Shown here: one piece after another, positions 1 to 9,737 of the stretch
Layout of the letters: every line of letters begins with the position of its first letter
Numbering within the stretch: the first letter of the stretch is position 1
Virus record (IMG/VR): IMGVR_UViG_3300030846_000100
Span: 10,352 to 74,351 of that record
Strand: one strand, 5' to 3'
DNA: 64,000 nt
DNA from: a virus
Lineage: Duplodnaviria > Caudoviricetes
The notes under the pieces: generated by a model
What the model saw: only the letters and a program-made list of their open reading frames with translations
Told to the model about the DNA's origin: nothing
Database searches by the model: none
Program-made: the position numbers and the translations under genes

Positions 1-1100
1 TTCGCAACCTGCTGACGGTTCCATGTTTCAACGAAACGATCGAGAACGTGCTCATCGATCGATCGAATCCCGTTCGAATGAGGAACGATCGCGGACGCAG
101 GAACCTTGTTCGTCTTGAAACCCTCACCTTCAACGAGACGCTTGACGTTCGCTGGGATCGTAGTTTCCTTCAATGAGAAAAGGATCGCGAATTTTTCGTT
201 GAATTCCATTGATTCAGCAAGAAGGTTCTTGACCTGATCAACCGTTTCTTCGATCACGGGAAACACGGGCATTTCAGAGTGCTCGTTCAACACCGAAAAA
301 TCGAATCGTTTATCGAATGATCTGGATTCATCGGTACGAATGTCGAAGATCGTCTCACGAGAGAGCGTGACGTCTTCTCGTTCCTTGATCCGATCTTGCA
401 CGGCCTTGAACAATTTCTTACGATCAATGTCGACACCAGCGGTCGTTCTTGATGCATCGCAGAAAGCATTCACTGCTCGTTCTTCCCAGTTGTAATCGAT
501 CATTCTGTGCTTGGAATAATCGTCAAGGATTGATCGTGCTTTTGTCTCATACCATTCATCGCTCAATTCGACCGCGTATTCTTTGCCTAAATCACCAAGT
601 GCTTCATCATCATGAATGTGAAGAAGATCATCGCCTACTTGGGTTACCTCGGCAAGCGTCGCTTTCTTTGTGTCAACTCGTTTCTTTGAGTAGATCAAAC
701 GTAGTTCATCATCAGAAGGAAATTTCCGTAGCATCTCTTTTACGACCTTTTCTGGAAGTCGACGAGCGGCAATCAAGCGGACCTTCGATGATGCATCGGT
801 CACGAACCTGCTCAAGAAACTTTCAGGCAGCAACGTTGCTGCAACAGCACGTACTTCAGGACGGGAATTCTTTGATAGCTTGACGAGCGTTGCAGTCTTG
901 AACCCCGAACATGAACGACCCGTCAATTCAAGGACCTTCAGACGAAGGTTGATCGATTCCGCAAGTTCGACTAGACCCACGTTCGTGTCCATGATAGGAC
1001 CCAGTGCGTTCTTGGTCTCAACCCTGAGACCCTCAGTGAGTTTTTCATCGTTCATTGCATCGCGAACGATGCTTCGCAATTGATCGAGCTTGATCTTCAT
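1..1100 (-). CDS. Large hypothetical virion-associated protein, partial (runs off the left edge; absent from the ORF track)
   Basis: Hand translation from ATG at 1100 (MKIKLDQLRSIVRDAMNDEKLTEG...) stays open to position 1. It has HEAT/LRV-like repeats (RPEVRAVAATLLP, SSKVRLIAARRLP) and many L/I-x-E motifs. TAATTA lies 6 nt upstream. Confidence 0.75.
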   Translation of the reverse strand, partial: MKIKLDQLRSIVRDAMNDEKLTEGLRVETKNALGPIMDTNVGLVELAESINLRLKVLELTGRSCSGFKTATLVKLSKNSRPEVRAVAATLLPESFLSRFVTDASSKVRLIAARRLPEKVVKEMLRKFPSDDELRLIYSKKRVDTKKATLAEVTQVGDDLLHIHDDEALGDLGKEYAVELSDEWYETKARSILDDYSKHRMIDYNWEERAVNAFCDASRTTAGVDIDRKKLFKAVQDRIKEREDVTLSRETIFDIRTDESRSFDKRFDFSVLNEHSEMPVFPVIEETVDQVKNLLAESMEFNEKFAILFSLKETTIPANVKRLVEGEGFKTNKVPASAIVPHSNGIRSIDEHVLDRFVETWNRQQVA

Positions 1101-1121
1101 GATCACTAATTATCATGTTCT

Positions 1122-1352
1122 CTATCGGCGTGTACGAATCTTGCATGATTCTTGCTTGTTGAAAGCCTGAATCGGTGTTCTTTTCCATCCGTACGTTCGA
1201 TTACCGATTGCGAACATGCAACAGATCGAAATTCCCATGCTCACGATTGCGATGTACATCCCCGCTGGATCGGGGAAATGACGACCCAGGGTCGCAGCTG
1301 AAACGTTGCAACAAACGCTGATAAATGCAAGAATCCAATCGAATTTCTTCAT
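1122..1352 (-). CDS. Small two-helix membrane protein
   Basis: Two hydrophobic segments; ATGA overlap with the upstream ORF. Confidence 0.5.
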   Translation of the reverse strand: MKKFDWILAFISVCCNVSAATLGRHFPDPAGMYIAIVSMGISICCMFAIGNRTYGWKRTPIQAFNKQESCKIRTRR

Positions 1353-1591
1353 AGACGTTTGAACCTATCGTTGAGAAGTTTCATTGAATGATTCCAGTGC
1401 AACAATTGATCGTTTAACAAAAAAGAGATCGAATAAACGGTACCTTTGTGTGAATACGGTCCTGTCGAACTTTCATGAAATGAAATCAATAATACAATTG
1501 AACCAAATGGAATCAATTTGTTTCTAAGTGAGTTGTCCCCCGAATCAGGATACACGGGGCCCAACACTCTGTAAAGTTTACCGGGAATCAC
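1349..1591 (-). CDS. Small hypothetical protein, PG-motif SH3-like family
   Basis: MIPGKLYRV start and beta-strand pattern; coupled to the next ORF. Confidence 0.55.
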   Translation of the reverse strand: MIPGKLYRVLGPVYPDSGDNSLRNKLIPFGSIVLLISFHESSTGPYSHKGTVYSISFLLNDQLLHWNHSMKLLNDRFKRL

Positions 1592-1637
1592 CTATGTTTA
1601 TATCATATGATTGGCGACATGAACACACGAACCCCGT

Positions 1638-2507
1638 CTACAAACTTAACATCGATTCAATCTTAGGATCACCATACTCAGCATGTGCCACATGACATAC
1701 CATGTTGTTTCGAACTTGATACGAAATTTTCCCATGCGTATGCCCACACAACACAGTGAATGAATTCGTAGGATACGCATCAGCCGCTCGTTCCAACAAT
1801 GTTGCCATCGTCGGAGATGTGAACCAAGGTGCTCCTTCGGGTTCACCCGTAGCCCCATTGTAAACGTGCGTCTCTTGCCATGGCGGCACGTGGGTGCAAA
1901 CGATGATGGATCGATGCGTCTTCACAGCTTCCTTGATCGCGGAATGCATATGAGCAATCTCTCCACGAAGATGTTCTTGAGAAACGTCGATGATGTCTTG
2001 CATTCTGACATCCTTCATCGTCTTTGCGTACTGGATACGTTCCCTGTAATCACGAATTCTCATCCAGTCGTTCATGATGAGCCTACTTTTCGCTCCGGCC
2101 CCAGCTGTACCGTCGTACCAACCATTGGCTCCAACGACCGCTGTGACATTCGAAACTTCAACGTACTTCGTGCTTGGTAGGTAACGCAGGAATGTTGAAG
2201 ACGCGGTCAACGCCATCATTTGCTTGTGTAGCGCATCGAACGACGTTTCCCACACGTCATGATTTCCCGTCACGAACAGAATGGGTATCTGAAGACCTTG
2301 TTCCAGCATCTTCAAGTGACGAGCAATGCTTGCACCATTCGAAATATCACCCGTAATGATTAAACCATCTGGTCCAGTTCGCTTGATTGATTCAATGAAT
2401 TCATGAATTCCATGATCACCCGAACGAATGTGATCCATGTGGATATCGCTTAAAAATGCGTAATTTGGCACGATTGAATCGTACAACGATTCAGAACGTA
2501 TGTTCAT
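1638..2507 (-). CDS. Calcineurin-like metallophosphoesterase
   Basis: Motifs SDIH, TGDIS, GNHD, THVPP and GHTH in canonical order. Confidence 0.9.
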   Translation of the reverse strand: MNIRSESLYDSIVPNYAFLSDIHMDHIRSGDHGIHEFIESIKRTGPDGLIITGDISNGASIARHLKMLEQGLQIPILFVTGNHDVWETSFDALHKQMMALTASSTFLRYLPSTKYVEVSNVTAVVGANGWYDGTAGAGAKSRLIMNDWMRIRDYRERIQYAKTMKDVRMQDIIDVSQEHLRGEIAHMHSAIKEAVKTHRSIIVCTHVPPWQETHVYNGATGEPEGAPWFTSPTMATLLERAADAYPTNSFTVLCGHTHGKISYQVRNNMVCHVAHAEYGDPKIESMLSL

Positions 2508-2511
2508 CCGT

Positions 2512-3117
2512 TCATTGGTAGAATTTAGATTTGCAATCGACGAAATCTAAAATGTCATGCCAGCTTTTGGCACGATTGAATCGTACGTCAACATTCTTTC
2601 GATTCCAAGGTTGATCAAAAAGTATCAACATCGTATCAGATGAATTATGTTCCGCGTAATCCTCTAAGTTCTCAACCTTATCATCGATGAAAACATCACA
2701 TGAAACTGCGTACTTTGCGTGAGTGTGTACCTGTTCCTTGAATGGAAAACCGTGTTTGATCAACCATTGTGATCGTTCGTACATCCAGTTCCTAGCATTC
2801 GTCGGTGCGGTGACAGGCAGTACCTGATGATGACGTTTCAATGCTTGGATGCATTCCAGCGAATCCTTCAAAGGTTCTAAGTTCGATACGAATCCTGCAT
2901 GTTCTATTGAATGTATCCAAGCATCGTGAAGATCATGACGATCAATTGATTTAAAGAAATCGTGATTCGTTAGTTGATCTTTCGTGTAAGGACGAAAATT
3001 ACCCAAGTTAACAGGCAGGTTCACGAACCGCAGGAATTCTTCCGTAAAGTTAGCAATGACATCATCCACGTCACAATTGATTCTGAGTCGTCTCATTTTA
3101 CAATCATATGAACTCAT
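2512..3117 (-). CDS. 5'(3')-deoxyribonucleotidase (HAD, NT5C-like)
   Basis: DVDDV motif I and DVFIDDK..N motif IV; true start possibly 3096. Confidence 0.85.
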   Translation of the reverse strand: MSSYDCKMRRLRINCDVDDVIANFTEEFLRFVNLPVNLGNFRPYTKDQLTNHDFFKSIDRHDLHDAWIHSIEHAGFVSNLEPLKDSLECIQALKRHHQVLPVTAPTNARNWMYERSQWLIKHGFPFKEQVHTHAKYAVSCDVFIDDKVENLEDYAEHNSSDTMLILFDQPWNRKNVDVRFNRAKSWHDILDFVDCKSKFYQ

Positions 3118-3496
3118 TTTTTAAAAGTTCAATTGCGGTGGTTTTAATCAAATGGTCAGTTTCCCAAATCGCGCATAGTTCCATGAAAGTTCTTGCCGTT
3201 TGCGTTTGATAATGCTTCAAACCGTACAACGCGCCTTCACGAACGATGATCGACTCGTGATTCAATACCATGAATCCCAAGACGGGCAAACCCGCGTCCA
3301 GCTTCGCCTTTCCCAAGCATTCGACTGCGAACGTCAGCTCCGAATTCTTCAGAGAACCCTCACGTACGAGAGCAAGTAAATCTTGTTGAGAATTCTTTTC
3401 AAGAATTTCGAACATTTTCTCGCAAGGTTCCTTGAAATCGTTCGTCAACGTTCGACCGTACATCGATAGCGTTTTTCTCCACTTTTCCATATTCAC
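3104..3496 (-). CDS. HEAT-repeat-like hypothetical protein
   Basis: Helical repeats such as IIVREGALYGL; operon-coupled. Confidence 0.55.
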   Translation of the reverse strand: MNMEKWRKTLSMYGRTLTNDFKEPCEKMFEILEKNSQQDLLALVREGSLKNSELTFAVECLGKAKLDAGLPVLGFMVLNHESIIVREGALYGLKHYQTQTARTFMELCAIWETDHLIKTTAIELLKNEFI

Positions 3497-3756
3497 TCTT
3501 TTCTCAACACTTTGAATTCATTTTGATCAAGATACCTTGAAAAAGACTCATTGATGATTTTGATCTTGTGATTTCGTCTGTTTATTTCTAGAACGGAGAA
3601 TTCAATTGCACTTGTATATTCTCCTCCACCCACCGGTTGATCATGAGGGAAATGATGCTTCCCTTGAGTTTTCTTTCCTATAATCAACCAAGAATACCAA
3701 CCTTTGTGCCACCAAATAAGGTCACCAGCTACTAAAAGTTTACAATCAATCATCAA
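3493..3756 (-). CDS. Small hypothetical protein, PG/AGD-motif SH3-like family
   Basis: LLVAGDLIW motif; 4-nt overlaps on both sides. Confidence 0.55.
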   Translation of the reverse strand: MMIDCKLLVAGDLIWWHKGWYSWLIIGKKTQGKHHFPHDQPVGGGEYTSAIEFSVLEINRRNHKIKIINESFSRYLDQNEFKVLRKE

Positions 3757-4715
3757 AAATCACCGTAATTGCATTGAAAACATGTCAAACCGAGAGATCT
3801 CCACAGCGCTACTAGGGAGTCCCGATCATCGATACAGAACTTGACATAGTATTTGTTCTTGATGTTAGCATCAAAAAGTTCTTTCTTGACGATTGAATCC
3901 TTCCTCATGTCGCCATCTCGGCGCATGTAAAGATTGTATTGATCCTTCAATTCTGGGAGGTTCTTATCAATGAACGACCTTGTTTGAATTTCGTATTTGT
4001 CGCTTCTCCCAGACATGAAGACGATCTTTGCAACCTTCACCTGTTCACGTATGATCGCTGCAACTGGTTCGTTCAATGAATCAAGTTCACACTTAGAAGC
4101 ATCGTAAGGATTACGGTGTTCGATAAGTGCTAGCGTTCCATCGAGATCACAAATGACACATGGATACTTACTTGGATCTTGAATGATCGGTTCGATCTTT
4201 TCGTAGTAGGTGGAATTACCTTTCAATTTCTTGAAAGTTCCATCATGACCGACTCGTGCATCCTTCGCCATCCGTTCGATGACAATCCGAGGCACGACCG
4301 CTTTTGGATCTCGGTTTTCATTTTGAGAGTGAACTCGTTCCAGGGGAACTTCGAACACCTGCTCGATGACAAGCGTGTTGTCCCTGTTGCTGGCGATATC
4401 ATGGATCGATTTTCTATCGGATGATTTCAAGTGCGTGTTATCCACCAACACATCGAATCCAGCATTCAACGCTTCACGAATCATTGCGTCACAGCATTTG
4501 GTGACCAACGATTCTTTTCGTGAATTTCCGACCTCGAACAACGTTCCAGTCAAAGCGACACGAACGTCATCACGATTCACTCGTTTCCATCGATTTGGAT
4601 CTGAGCTCAGTAGGTTCTTTGCAAAGGTTGATTTACCAGACCCAGGAAGACCGATCGACATCCAAACGACGCGTACGTTTTCATCGTGTTTAGGAATCAT
4701 GTTCGTGGTCGTCAT
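3753..4715 (-). CDS. pseT: Polynucleotide 5'-kinase/3'-phosphatase (T4 PseT-like)
   Basis: P-loop GLPGSGKST with RVNRDDVR, C-terminal HAD DLDGTL, MSGR and IDDR. Confidence 0.92.
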   Translation of the reverse strand: MTTTNMIPKHDENVRVVWMSIGLPGSGKSTFAKNLLSSDPNRWKRVNRDDVRVALTGTLFEVGNSRKESLVTKCCDAMIREALNAGFDVLVDNTHLKSSDRKSIHDIASNRDNTLVIEQVFEVPLERVHSQNENRDPKAVVPRIVIERMAKDARVGHDGTFKKLKGNSTYYEKIEPIIQDPSKYPCVICDLDGTLALIEHRNPYDASKCELDSLNEPVAAIIREQVKVAKIVFMSGRSDKYEIQTRSFIDKNLPELKDQYNLYMRRDGDMRKDSIVKKELFDANIKNKYYVKFCIDDRDSLVALWRSLGLTCFQCNYGDF

Positions 4716-4860
4716 ATGATCAAAGTTTCGCCATCAGGATCGTGTGTCGTACCATTCTGGTACCAGCAAATAAACTTATCAACGTGATAAGGATCGTCAT
4801 CATGTATGATCGTATCACGATCCTTATCACAAAACACTTAAGTTTGTTTCATTAGTGAAA

Positions 4861-5532
4861 TTAATAATCACCTGTAATGCGATCAATGTTGACCTTCGAT
4901 TTTTCAAAGAATCTATCGCAGAATTCATCGATCGAAACACCGGCAAGGATCAGAATTTCAAGAAGGAACTTTTGAGTGTCAACGAGTTCCTCAACGAAGT
5001 TCTGACGGTCAAACGATTCGACCAAAGTCTTCCTGTGGTTCTTTGAATTCTTCAACGTCACGAGTGCCTCGAAGAGCTCATGCATACAGTCGTGAGCGAT
5101 ATCTTTGATCAATTTTTGACCCGATTTCGATGACATATCAACAGGAAATGCTGGAAAGTTTCGTTCCTTTTGAAGGAGCTTCATGAACTTCGTTTGATCA
5201 TCCCAAAGATCGTTCAGGCAATGAGTGATCACGTCATCATCGTCTTCTCGGGGATCATCACAGCAAATCATCCGATGACCGTACGTGACGCACCCGCAAT
5301 TGACACACGTCTTTGGTGAATCAGTGCTGGTGAACGTTACTGAGTTGTGATGACACGCAGCACAATCGTCACCTGCATGTGGATTGAACCCCTGCAACCC
5401 ACAAACGTGCGATCTTTTTTGTCGGTAGATTTCCTTGCAGGTTGAACAACCATCGGGATGTTTGTCAGTCTTTCGTGGTTCGTACATTGCTTTGTACTTG
5501 GGATGAACCTTGCATTTTAATACGGGTAGCAT
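4861..5532 (-). CDS. Cys-rich N-terminal domain fused to an all-alpha NTP pyrophosphatase (MazG/dimeric dUTPase superfamily)
   Basis: N-terminal CxxC pairs; C-terminal ELFEA..LKN.KNH and FVEELVD..KF, K..VN..R motifs. Start taken at MLPVLK. Confidence 0.7.
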   Translation of the reverse strand: MLPVLKCKVHPKYKAMYEPRKTDKHPDGCSTCKEIYRQKRSHVCGLQGFNPHAGDDCAACHHNSVTFTSTDSPKTCVNCGCVTYGHRMICCDDPREDDDDVITHCLNDLWDDQTKFMKLLQKERNFPAFPVDMSSKSGQKLIKDIAHDCMHELFEALVTLKNSKNHRKTLVESFDRQNFVEELVDTQKFLLEILILAGVSIDEFCDRFFEKSKVNIDRITGDY

Positions 5533-5559
5533 TAGAGTTCGTGTTTCCATTGAAATGTG

Positions 5560-5826
5560 TTACTTTGTTTCGACGTCGGTTTGTCGTAAACCGTCAACCT
5601 TGTCAAGGAGTTCCTTGATTTGTCGATCAAAGAGTTCAACTTGACCGTCTCCCAACACGTGTTCACCTGTCGAAGCATCCAGTCGTACCTTAATGAGACG
5701 AAGGTAATCAGCGACATCCGTTCCCGTTAGCATAGCCAGTTGCACGTACTGAACGACCTGTCGCCAGACCTCATCGGCAAGGCGGGCATCTCGTGGTTGC
5801 GTGTGATCGAATTCAATTGTTGCCAT
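5560..5826 (-). CDS. Hypothetical protein
   Basis: Natural-looking 88-aa ORF in operon orientation. Confidence 0.65.
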   Translation of the reverse strand: MATIEFDHTQPRDARLADEVWRQVVQYVQLAMLTGTDVADYLRLIKVRLDASTGEHVLGDGQVELFDRQIKELLDKVDGLRQTDVETK

Positions 5827-5835
5827 TTTCTTCCT

Positions 5836-6642
5836 TTAAAAGTTCTTTACAAGAACCTCAGTTGTTTTTCCTCTTGATGATCGCTTTGCGGCGATCACCC
5901 TAGTAACGTCTACCATAATAACGTTGAATCTCTCGTACAAATCACGAACTTTTTGACAATCGGAGTTCGACAGGATGAACTTGATCCCTCTGGAATCGAG
6001 GTCAACGCAAACATTACGAAGCTTTTCGTGGTCATCGAATCCGTTCAATGCGTAGCTAGTGAACCCCGCTGTCGCAGTCACGGGGACGTACGGAGGATCG
6101 AGGTACACGAAATCGTTCGGTTCAACCTTTTCAAGAGCACGTTCGAAGTCAAGCGAGCTGAATTCAACGTTCTTTGTTTGAAGCACGAATTCATCGAACA
6201 TGCCAGCATGAATCGGCGGTAACGTTTTCTTTTTTCCCCAAGGCGAATTGTTGTAACCTTTTTTTGAATTGACCCTCCACATTCCTTGAAACGATGTGCG
6301 GTTCAGGAACAGGAATCTTCCCGCTCTTTCAAGACGAGAACGATTCAAAAAATCATTGTGTCGATCCCAAGAACGAATTTCGTAGTAGGAGCGCTCGCTG
6401 AATTCGAACGAATTGTACAGTGCAATCACGTCATCGGGATGTGATCTTGCTTGTTCGTAAAAATTGATCAATTCATGGTTGACATCATTAGCGAACGCTT
6501 TTTTATGAGGCTGGGTTAAAAGCATCGCTGCGCCGCCCAGAAACGGTTCATGGTAACGACCAACGTAATCTGGAACATGTGGCAGAATTTGAGAAAGTAA
6601 TCTTCTTTTTCCACCGACCCACCTGATGATCGGTTCAATCAT
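5836..6642 (-). CDS. dam: DNA adenine methyltransferase (D12 class, Dam-like)
   Basis: WVGGKRRL, EPFLGGAA and DFVYLDPPY motifs. Confidence 0.93.
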   Translation of the reverse strand: MIEPIIRWVGGKRRLLSQILPHVPDYVGRYHEPFLGGAAMLLTQPHKKAFANDVNHELINFYEQARSHPDDVIALYNSFEFSERSYYEIRSWDRHNDFLNRSRLERAGRFLFLNRTSFQGMWRVNSKKGYNNSPWGKKKTLPPIHAGMFDEFVLQTKNVEFSSLDFERALEKVEPNDFVYLDPPYVPVTATAGFTSYALNGFDDHEKLRNVCVDLDSRGIKFILSNSDCQKVRDLYERFNVIMVDVTRVIAAKRSSRGKTTEVLVKNF

Positions 6643-7294
6643 ACCATTTAACGTTTTTCTGTAGTACCTTGAACTTCAACAAATCTTGAAAATCATCATC
6701 GCATTCCAGATAGAGCATGATCTCATTGTGAACGAATTCGACATCTTGAAGATTTTGAATTTGAGTCAATCCCGTAATCTGTGGAAAATTCACACTAGCG
6801 AGCGGTTGGTACTTGCTCATTAGGCACATGTTCTTGTACATGTTGTTCACGTTCGCTTGGAGTTCATCATCAGCTTCGTATGAATCCTTCGCCCTTGAAC
6901 GCTTGTGTAAACCATTCAGAACGAACGTCATGTCGGGTTTCAACAAGAGGTTATGAAACAGGATCAACAGTGGTTTTGGTACACCTTCTAGTGAACCGTA
7001 TATCAACGAACTCAATGACCATCGTCCCAGGACGATCACATCAACCTTCTTGAAAGGATATACGAATGTTTGCCAGTAGAGACGATTCAAGAAATGCAAC
7101 GTTTGAAAGATAATGGGCCATTTTTTGGCTTTACCATTTACCAACATTTTATAGATGATCGTTCTTAGCAAACCTTTAAATGGGATTTCTTCGCTTAGAA
7201 CGTTCAAACCCATTTTTCGTAATTTTTCAGTAAGGTTTTTAACCTGCGTCGATTTTCCGCTGCAATCGGGACCTTCAATGCAAAGAACCATCAT
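6635..7294 (-). CDS. tmk: Thymidylate kinase
   Basis: IEGPDCSGKST P-loop and (D/G)RWSLSS..YG motif. Confidence 0.88.
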   Translation of the reverse strand: MMVLCIEGPDCSGKSTQVKNLTEKLRKMGLNVLSEEIPFKGLLRTIIYKMLVNGKAKKWPIIFQTLHFLNRLYWQTFVYPFKKVDVIVLGRWSLSSLIYGSLEGVPKPLLILFHNLLLKPDMTFVLNGLHKRSRAKDSYEADDELQANVNNMYKNMCLMSKYQPLASVNFPQITGLTQIQNLQDVEFVHNEIMLYLECDDDFQDLLKFKVLQKNVKWYD

Positions 7295-7327
7295 GATTAA
7301 TCATCATACCCTATAAAAATTAGGTGT

Positions 7328-9025
7328 TCATGCTTCGCATGCAGCACATTCATCCTTTGAGCGACTTGCCATGTCGCCCTTCAACGTCCCCGTTGCACGA
7401 AGGTAGTAAAGAGATTTCAATCCGCCTTCCCACGCTGCGATATGTACCTGATGAACGTACTTTGGATCAGCATTCGATGAAAAGAAAAGGTTCACAGATT
7501 GTCCTTGATCGACCCATCGTTGCCGCTGGCTTGCTTGTTTGATTATCGCGTATTGGTTGATCTCCATCGCGGTCAAAAATACTGATTTTTCTAAGGGGGA
7601 CAAAAAATCTAAATGCTGAACGCTTCCGTCGTTCATAATCACGGATGACCAAACATCCCTATCGTTCTTTTCCTTCGCAATCAGGAGCTTTTCAAATGAA
7701 ACATTCCTACGAATGAACGTTCCCTTTGCTGATTTCAACGAGTAAACGTTTGCTGAAATAGGCTCAATTCCTGCGCTCCATCCACCTGAAATCGTCGAGT
7801 TGGAAACGGTGGGGGCAATTGCAAGCAAGTGTGTATTTCGTCTTGAATGACCCTTACACCATTCGGGTTCACCAAGTTCATAAGCTAGTTTTTTCGTTTC
7901 GATCTCCGCGTTAGCTCGAATTGTTCGAAAGATTTGGGCATTCATTTGCATGGCTTCAAAGCTATCGAATGGAATCATCTCGTTCTGCAAAAGTGAATGC
8001 CATCCTAACACCCCAATTCCTATCGCGCGTCCCTTGATCGCAGATGCACGCGACGCTTCGAGACCGGGAAGGTTTTCTGACTTCTGAATGTATTCTTCCA
8101 ACACGGCATCCAGGAATCTGACGGCAGTATTGACGACGTCGGTGTCCTTCCATTCGTGCCAACGAACAATGTTGAGCGATGATAGACAACAAACGAACGA
8201 ATGATCAGGATCAGTGTGTAGCATCACCTCCGTACAAATGTTTGACGTTTTTACGGATAGGTTGTTGGCCGTGTAGCAATCGGGGTTGCTGTTGTTCACG
8301 TTGTCGGTAAAAAACATGTAGGGTTCGCCAGTTTCAACTCGAGTTCGTAGTATTTCTGACCACATTTCACGTTTCTTTTTATCGCCCCCGATGAGACTGT
8401 GCATCCACGCGTCTGAAATGCAAATACCTTGATTGATGTTCAAGCATCGTCTGTTAACATCGCCCGTTGGACGTCGAATGTTCATGAATTCATCTATGTC
8501 AAGATGTTCAATTGGAAGGTATATTGCGCTTGCTCCCCTACGAGTCGACCCTTGATTGACGGAGACGGTGGTTGTATCGTACACTTTCGCCCACGGAATC
8601 ACGCCTTCCGACGATCCGTTACCATTGATTGACGTTCCTCTCCCCCTGACGTCACCCAAGTAGATTCCTACACCCGCACCATTCTTGCTTAGCATTGCAA
8701 GTTCATGGTTCTTTTGAAAGATCGATGTTACGCTGTCGCCGACGTGGATTGAGTTGCATGAAATCGGCAGACCGCGATTTGTTCCTAAATTCGACGCAAT
8801 AGGACTTGAGACGCAAAGCCAATTTTTCCAAATTGCTTCAAAAAATTTTTTAAACCAAAAATCTTTTTCTTTATAGAAAGAACTACCAGCTTTCGCAATG
8901 CGCACGTACATCTCACGAGGTGTTTCTCCTGGCAAAAGATAACCGCCCTGAAGAGTTTTATATCCTTCTTCTAACATCCAAAGTGGTGCCTCATTACGTT
9001 TTTTTAATTCGTTTAAATCATCCAT
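7328..9025 (-). CDS. nrdA: Ribonucleotide reductase class I large subunit (no ATP-cone)
   Basis: SNICTE, CCLSS, IAPTVSNS, YYLR and C-terminal CAAC. Start re-placed at MDDLNEL (9025), overlapping the stop of the upstream endonuclease. Confidence 0.95.
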   Translation of the reverse strand: MDDLNELKKRNEAPLWMLEEGYKTLQGGYLLPGETPREMYVRIAKAGSSFYKEKDFWFKKFFEAIWKNWLCVSSPIASNLGTNRGLPISCNSIHVGDSVTSIFQKNHELAMLSKNGAGVGIYLGDVRGRGTSINGNGSSEGVIPWAKVYDTTTVSVNQGSTRRGASAIYLPIEHLDIDEFMNIRRPTGDVNRRCLNINQGICISDAWMHSLIGGDKKKREMWSEILRTRVETGEPYMFFTDNVNNSNPDCYTANNLSVKTSNICTEVMLHTDPDHSFVCCLSSLNIVRWHEWKDTDVVNTAVRFLDAVLEEYIQKSENLPGLEASRASAIKGRAIGIGVLGWHSLLQNEMIPFDSFEAMQMNAQIFRTIRANAEIETKKLAYELGEPEWCKGHSRRNTHLLAIAPTVSNSTISGGWSAGIEPISANVYSLKSAKGTFIRRNVSFEKLLIAKEKNDRDVWSSVIMNDGSVQHLDFLSPLEKSVFLTAMEINQYAIIKQASQRQRWVDQGQSVNLFFSSNADPKYVHQVHIAAWEGGLKSLYYLRATGTLKGDMASRSKDECAACEA

Positions 9026-9737
9026 TGTAAACCTCAAAATAATAATTGTGGTGTAAACTTTGTCGTCTAATTGCTCGTGAAACACCATGTCGATTCAAAA
9101 AAGTTAGGATTCGTAATAACTCATCCATGTTTTCAAAAATTTGTAAAATTTTTCTTTGTGAAGATTTTTGAACGATAGAAAATTTCTTCTTGTTCCAAGA
9201 TTCAATGCCCGAACGATTTCGAGAAATTAATGTTCTTGTTTCAAGACTGTGTTTTTTACCAAAAAAGTTGTTCAAAAAACCGTAGCGTTTGATTCGTGTT
9301 TTTGCATCAAGTTTATGACATTTCAATTTCATTCCTTGACGATGAGGTAATTGATAATGTTTACCCCGATTCCAGGGAATCTTTCCTAAACGAGAATCTG
9401 ACATTCTTTTTTTTGTTTCTTTACAAAATTTAAATTGGCCCCCGCCCGTCGTCAAATTCAATCCCTTTTCTGATTCAAATGTTTGATAAAAAGCGATATA
9501 GTATTGTTCTCTGTCGTTTAATGTAGTTAAATCAAAAATTTCATCCTGAATTATTGTGAACAAAGGAAACAAATTATCGCATTCAGATTTTTTTTTTCTT
9601 AAAAAATTGATAACTTTCGTTTTGCCACCGTTACGAATAGAGGATTCATAAGCACGAATACGTTGTTCAAGAGTTCGCTTAGTTTGACCAACATAGACAA
9701 TTTGTTCTTGAATTTTAATACCGTAGATTAACATCAA
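9018..9737 (-). mobile_element. Free-standing GIY-YIG homing endonuclease with NUMOD3-like repeats between nrdB and nrdA
   Basis: LIYGI...YVGQT..LEQR..Y, E..YI, G.NLTTGG and KHSLETR motifs; AT-rich relative to the flanks. Confidence 0.88.

Noticed and set aside
449-1083. Plus-strand ORFs 449..883 and 880..1083, and similar antisense ORFs such as 17765..18346 and the many within 26-40 kb
   Set aside because: They are shadows of well-supported minus-strand genes and have Ser/Arg-rich unnatural composition.
7328-9088. ORF-track start of nrdA at 9088 (likewise 21001, 17660, 25609, 35697, 57440)
   Set aside because: The extensions run deep into neighbouring genes or a tRNA; downstream ATGs give normal coupling and recognisable N-termini.
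9018-9737. Group I intron hosting the GIY-YIG gene
   Set aside because: nrdA and nrdB are each intact and abut the endonuclease with 4-8 nt overlaps, leaving no room for a ribozyme core.
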